A program made the position numbers and the translations under genes. Positions 61,649 through 64,000 of a DNA stretch of 64,000 bases are shown piece after piece. The stretch is from the NCBI RefSeq assembly GCF_009914755.1, contig NC_060928.1; one strand, given 5' to 3'. The stretch comes from the human T2T-CHM13v2.0 reference genome, Homo sapiens. The notes below the pieces were generated by a model. It worked only from the letters and a program-made list of their open reading frames with translations, made no database searches and had not been told where the DNA came from. The stretch's first letter is position 1, and each line of letters begins with the position of its first letter.

Positions 61649-62929
61649 AAGATGACTTTTTAGATTATTCTCTCTCTCTCTCTCTCCAAGGTTTTTGCTT
61701 CTGTTAATTCCTTATAGTGGAAAATGAAAAAAAGTTATTAAATGCAGCTATTTTCCAGAGCAATAATAATATCTATGACCAATATCGAAAGGTAATTCAA
61801 CTATTACATAAAAATATTTATAAAAAAGATGCTCAAAGTTTTGATTCACATCTTCTGCTTTGGGACCATGGAGTTCCAGGACCCCAAAATGCTGTTGATT
61901 ACAGAATGGAGAGAGTCAAAGATGCCTTCTATTTCCAACAGAAACAGAGGCCAAGGAAAATATTATCTATACTTTTATATTGCAAACCTATGTCATTTCA
62001 CATGCTCATTTTTATATGTGATGATTGGACACTCTAAATGCTTTGAAAAATGTACTGACTTTGTGGTTCAAAGAACACACGTTGAAACTAAAGTAAGTCT
62101 TAATTACCTTATTTTCCAAAGTATGTTACATTATTGTTCTATTGCAATAAAACCAGGATTGTTGATGGTTGAGAAAAGGGCAATAAAAATAAAACCTAAA
62201 GGTCATGCTAAGGCCAGAAATAATGAATTGAAATGAAAGTATATGATCCTGGCATTCATATAAAATAAAATCAACCGTGGAAATTCACAATAAGCCCAAG
62301 GCTATGCACAAAGTATAATAGAGAAAAGCTGGCCTTAAATGAATCCCAGAGGAGATTGTGCAGAATCACTCTCTGGATGAAAGATGAATTCCAAAATAGT
62401 TTTATTTGTTGAAATTATTTGAAATGATTGAAACGGCAAGCACGCTTTGGCATATATTTAGTCACTTCAGGGTACCGACACATTATTAGTATTCAGCATT
62501 AATACCAGTGGGCACATTTGTACAGTTATTTTCCTTTTTTTGTCATGTGAATGCAGTATTGTTTCCACATGCATACATCCCTCTATAGGCTTAATGAATG
62601 TATTTGTCTGTTGGCAGGTGCATGCAAATATTGTTAGATTGAATATGTGATTGTTTCTTTTTCAGAAATGTAAATTGAATGTTTTAAAAGCATTTTAGGT
62701 TCACCTTCTGAGTATGCTAGGAAGTGAACGTTGTGTGATTCATTCCTTTTGCAAGGATAATGCAAAGTAAAAGCCATTTCTCACCAGCATATAGCTTAAT
62801 ATCTGAAACTCTAGATTCAGCATTTGGGATTATGCTTCTTTTTATATACAGCTAGGAGGAACAATGCATATTTAGTAAAGGCAAGTCACATAAATATTAT
62901 AGTTTTGAGCATCAGGGAATACATTTTCA

Positions 62930-64000
62930 GAGTCATCAAATGTTTATTGAACACTTACGTGGCCAGTACTATTACATGTTCATAATAATCAATGTAAATT
63001 TATCAGTGAACAAACTATAAAATTCTTTACTCTTACAGAGATTACATTCTAATGGAGATTGAAGAGAGAATGTAAATCAAAGAAGGAATTGATACAAAAT
63101 ATTGGATAATAAGTGGTATGAAGAAAAATAAAGCATGTAAAGGAAAAGGGTATTGCCCAAAGTGAGATGTATACATTCAATAAGTGTGACCATATTTATG
63201 AATGACATAATATCATGTCTGGCATTTTCTTGAAAATAATCTGTGGTCCAGTGCAGATAAATAGAAAGGACCATGGATGAAGTTTGACCATGAGTTGATT
63301 TTTTTTTTTATCTAGATGATATATGCATGGGGGTCCATAATACTGCTCTCTCTGCTTTTGAAAATGTTTGTGAGTGTTCATATTTAGTTAATAAAAACAG
63401 CGTTCACAAAGAATTTCCCCAGGAAGATAACATTAAAGAGCCAGATTGGAAGAAGTGAAAGATTCAGGTGCAGTAATAGCAATTACAAGCTGTTGAAATC
63501 ATTGCATGCCTGGAAGGCTCTAGAAATAGTAAGAAGGTAAGTGTTGCTAGAGTGGAATGAGAGAAATTGAGAATATTAGGAGATGTGTAGGAGCCAGATT
63601 GTGTAGGTCATTGTAAGAATTTCTCCATGAGTAAGATGGGAAGTCATTGGAGAGGTTCAGGAGAGAAAAGTAATCCAATTTGAATTTTAGAAGCATCACT
63701 ATGGCTGTGCTGCTTAGACAACAGTAGAGATAAGCATGGAATTCCTGAGACTAGTCAGTTGGCTATTTCAAAATGTAGAAGATGGTGGCTTGGGGCAAAG
63801 TGATATCAATGGAGTTAGTGAGATGTGGTCAGCCCCTGAATTTGTTAGCAGGTGGCATCAATAGGATTTGCTGAAGGAAAAAATGTGGGTTGTAATTTAT
63901 GAGAGAAAGAAAAGACTCATGGATGATTCCAAAGTTTGGGCCCATGCAAACTGAAAGAAGAATTTTTCCATTAAGTGAGACAAGGAGAACTTCAGGAAGA
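62930..64000 (-). mobile_element. L2 (L2a-like), with an old L1 3' fragment at ~63210-63390
   Basis: 'aaatgtttattgaacactta', 'gatgggaagtcattggagagg', 'gatgattccaaagtttgggcc'. Confidence 0.75.

Noticed and set aside
61680-62236. Pyrimidine tract with AG followed by 106/135-aa ORFs, as a coding exon
   Set aside because: The tract is a (CT)n microsatellite and the translations look like random AT-rich ORFs.

Overview
This window looks like AT-rich primate (human-like) intergenic or intronic DNA. I found no recognisable host exon, RNA gene or prokaryotic system. The long ORFs are broken LINE-1 ORF1/ORF2 pieces, and the short ones are chance translations of Alu, LTR or microsatellite DNA. The window is a stack of transposon fossils: MaLR/ERV LTRs, L1PA, L1M, L2, MIR, Alu, and Tigger/hAT/mariner MITEs. 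Family names were assigned by eye from remembered consensus sequences and need RepeatMasker/Dfam confirmation. I cannot support a new protein-coding system. Four structures stand out. (1) A near full-length L1PA3-like element at 41.5-47.2 kb was copied from a spliced RNA (97/622 5'UTR intron removed). It also carries a 5' extension inside its target-site duplication (TSD) that looks like a spliced antisense-Alu exon plus source-locus flank. (2) An old A-N-B-inv(A)-B template-switch rearrangement at 31.5-33.0 kb has 4-bp microhomologies and a fold-back hairpin. (3) Two 5'-inverted (twin-primed) L1s. (4) A few candidate regulatory sites: a CTCF core, a CpG-rich MLT1 LTR and a HERV-K LTR14 solo LTR.
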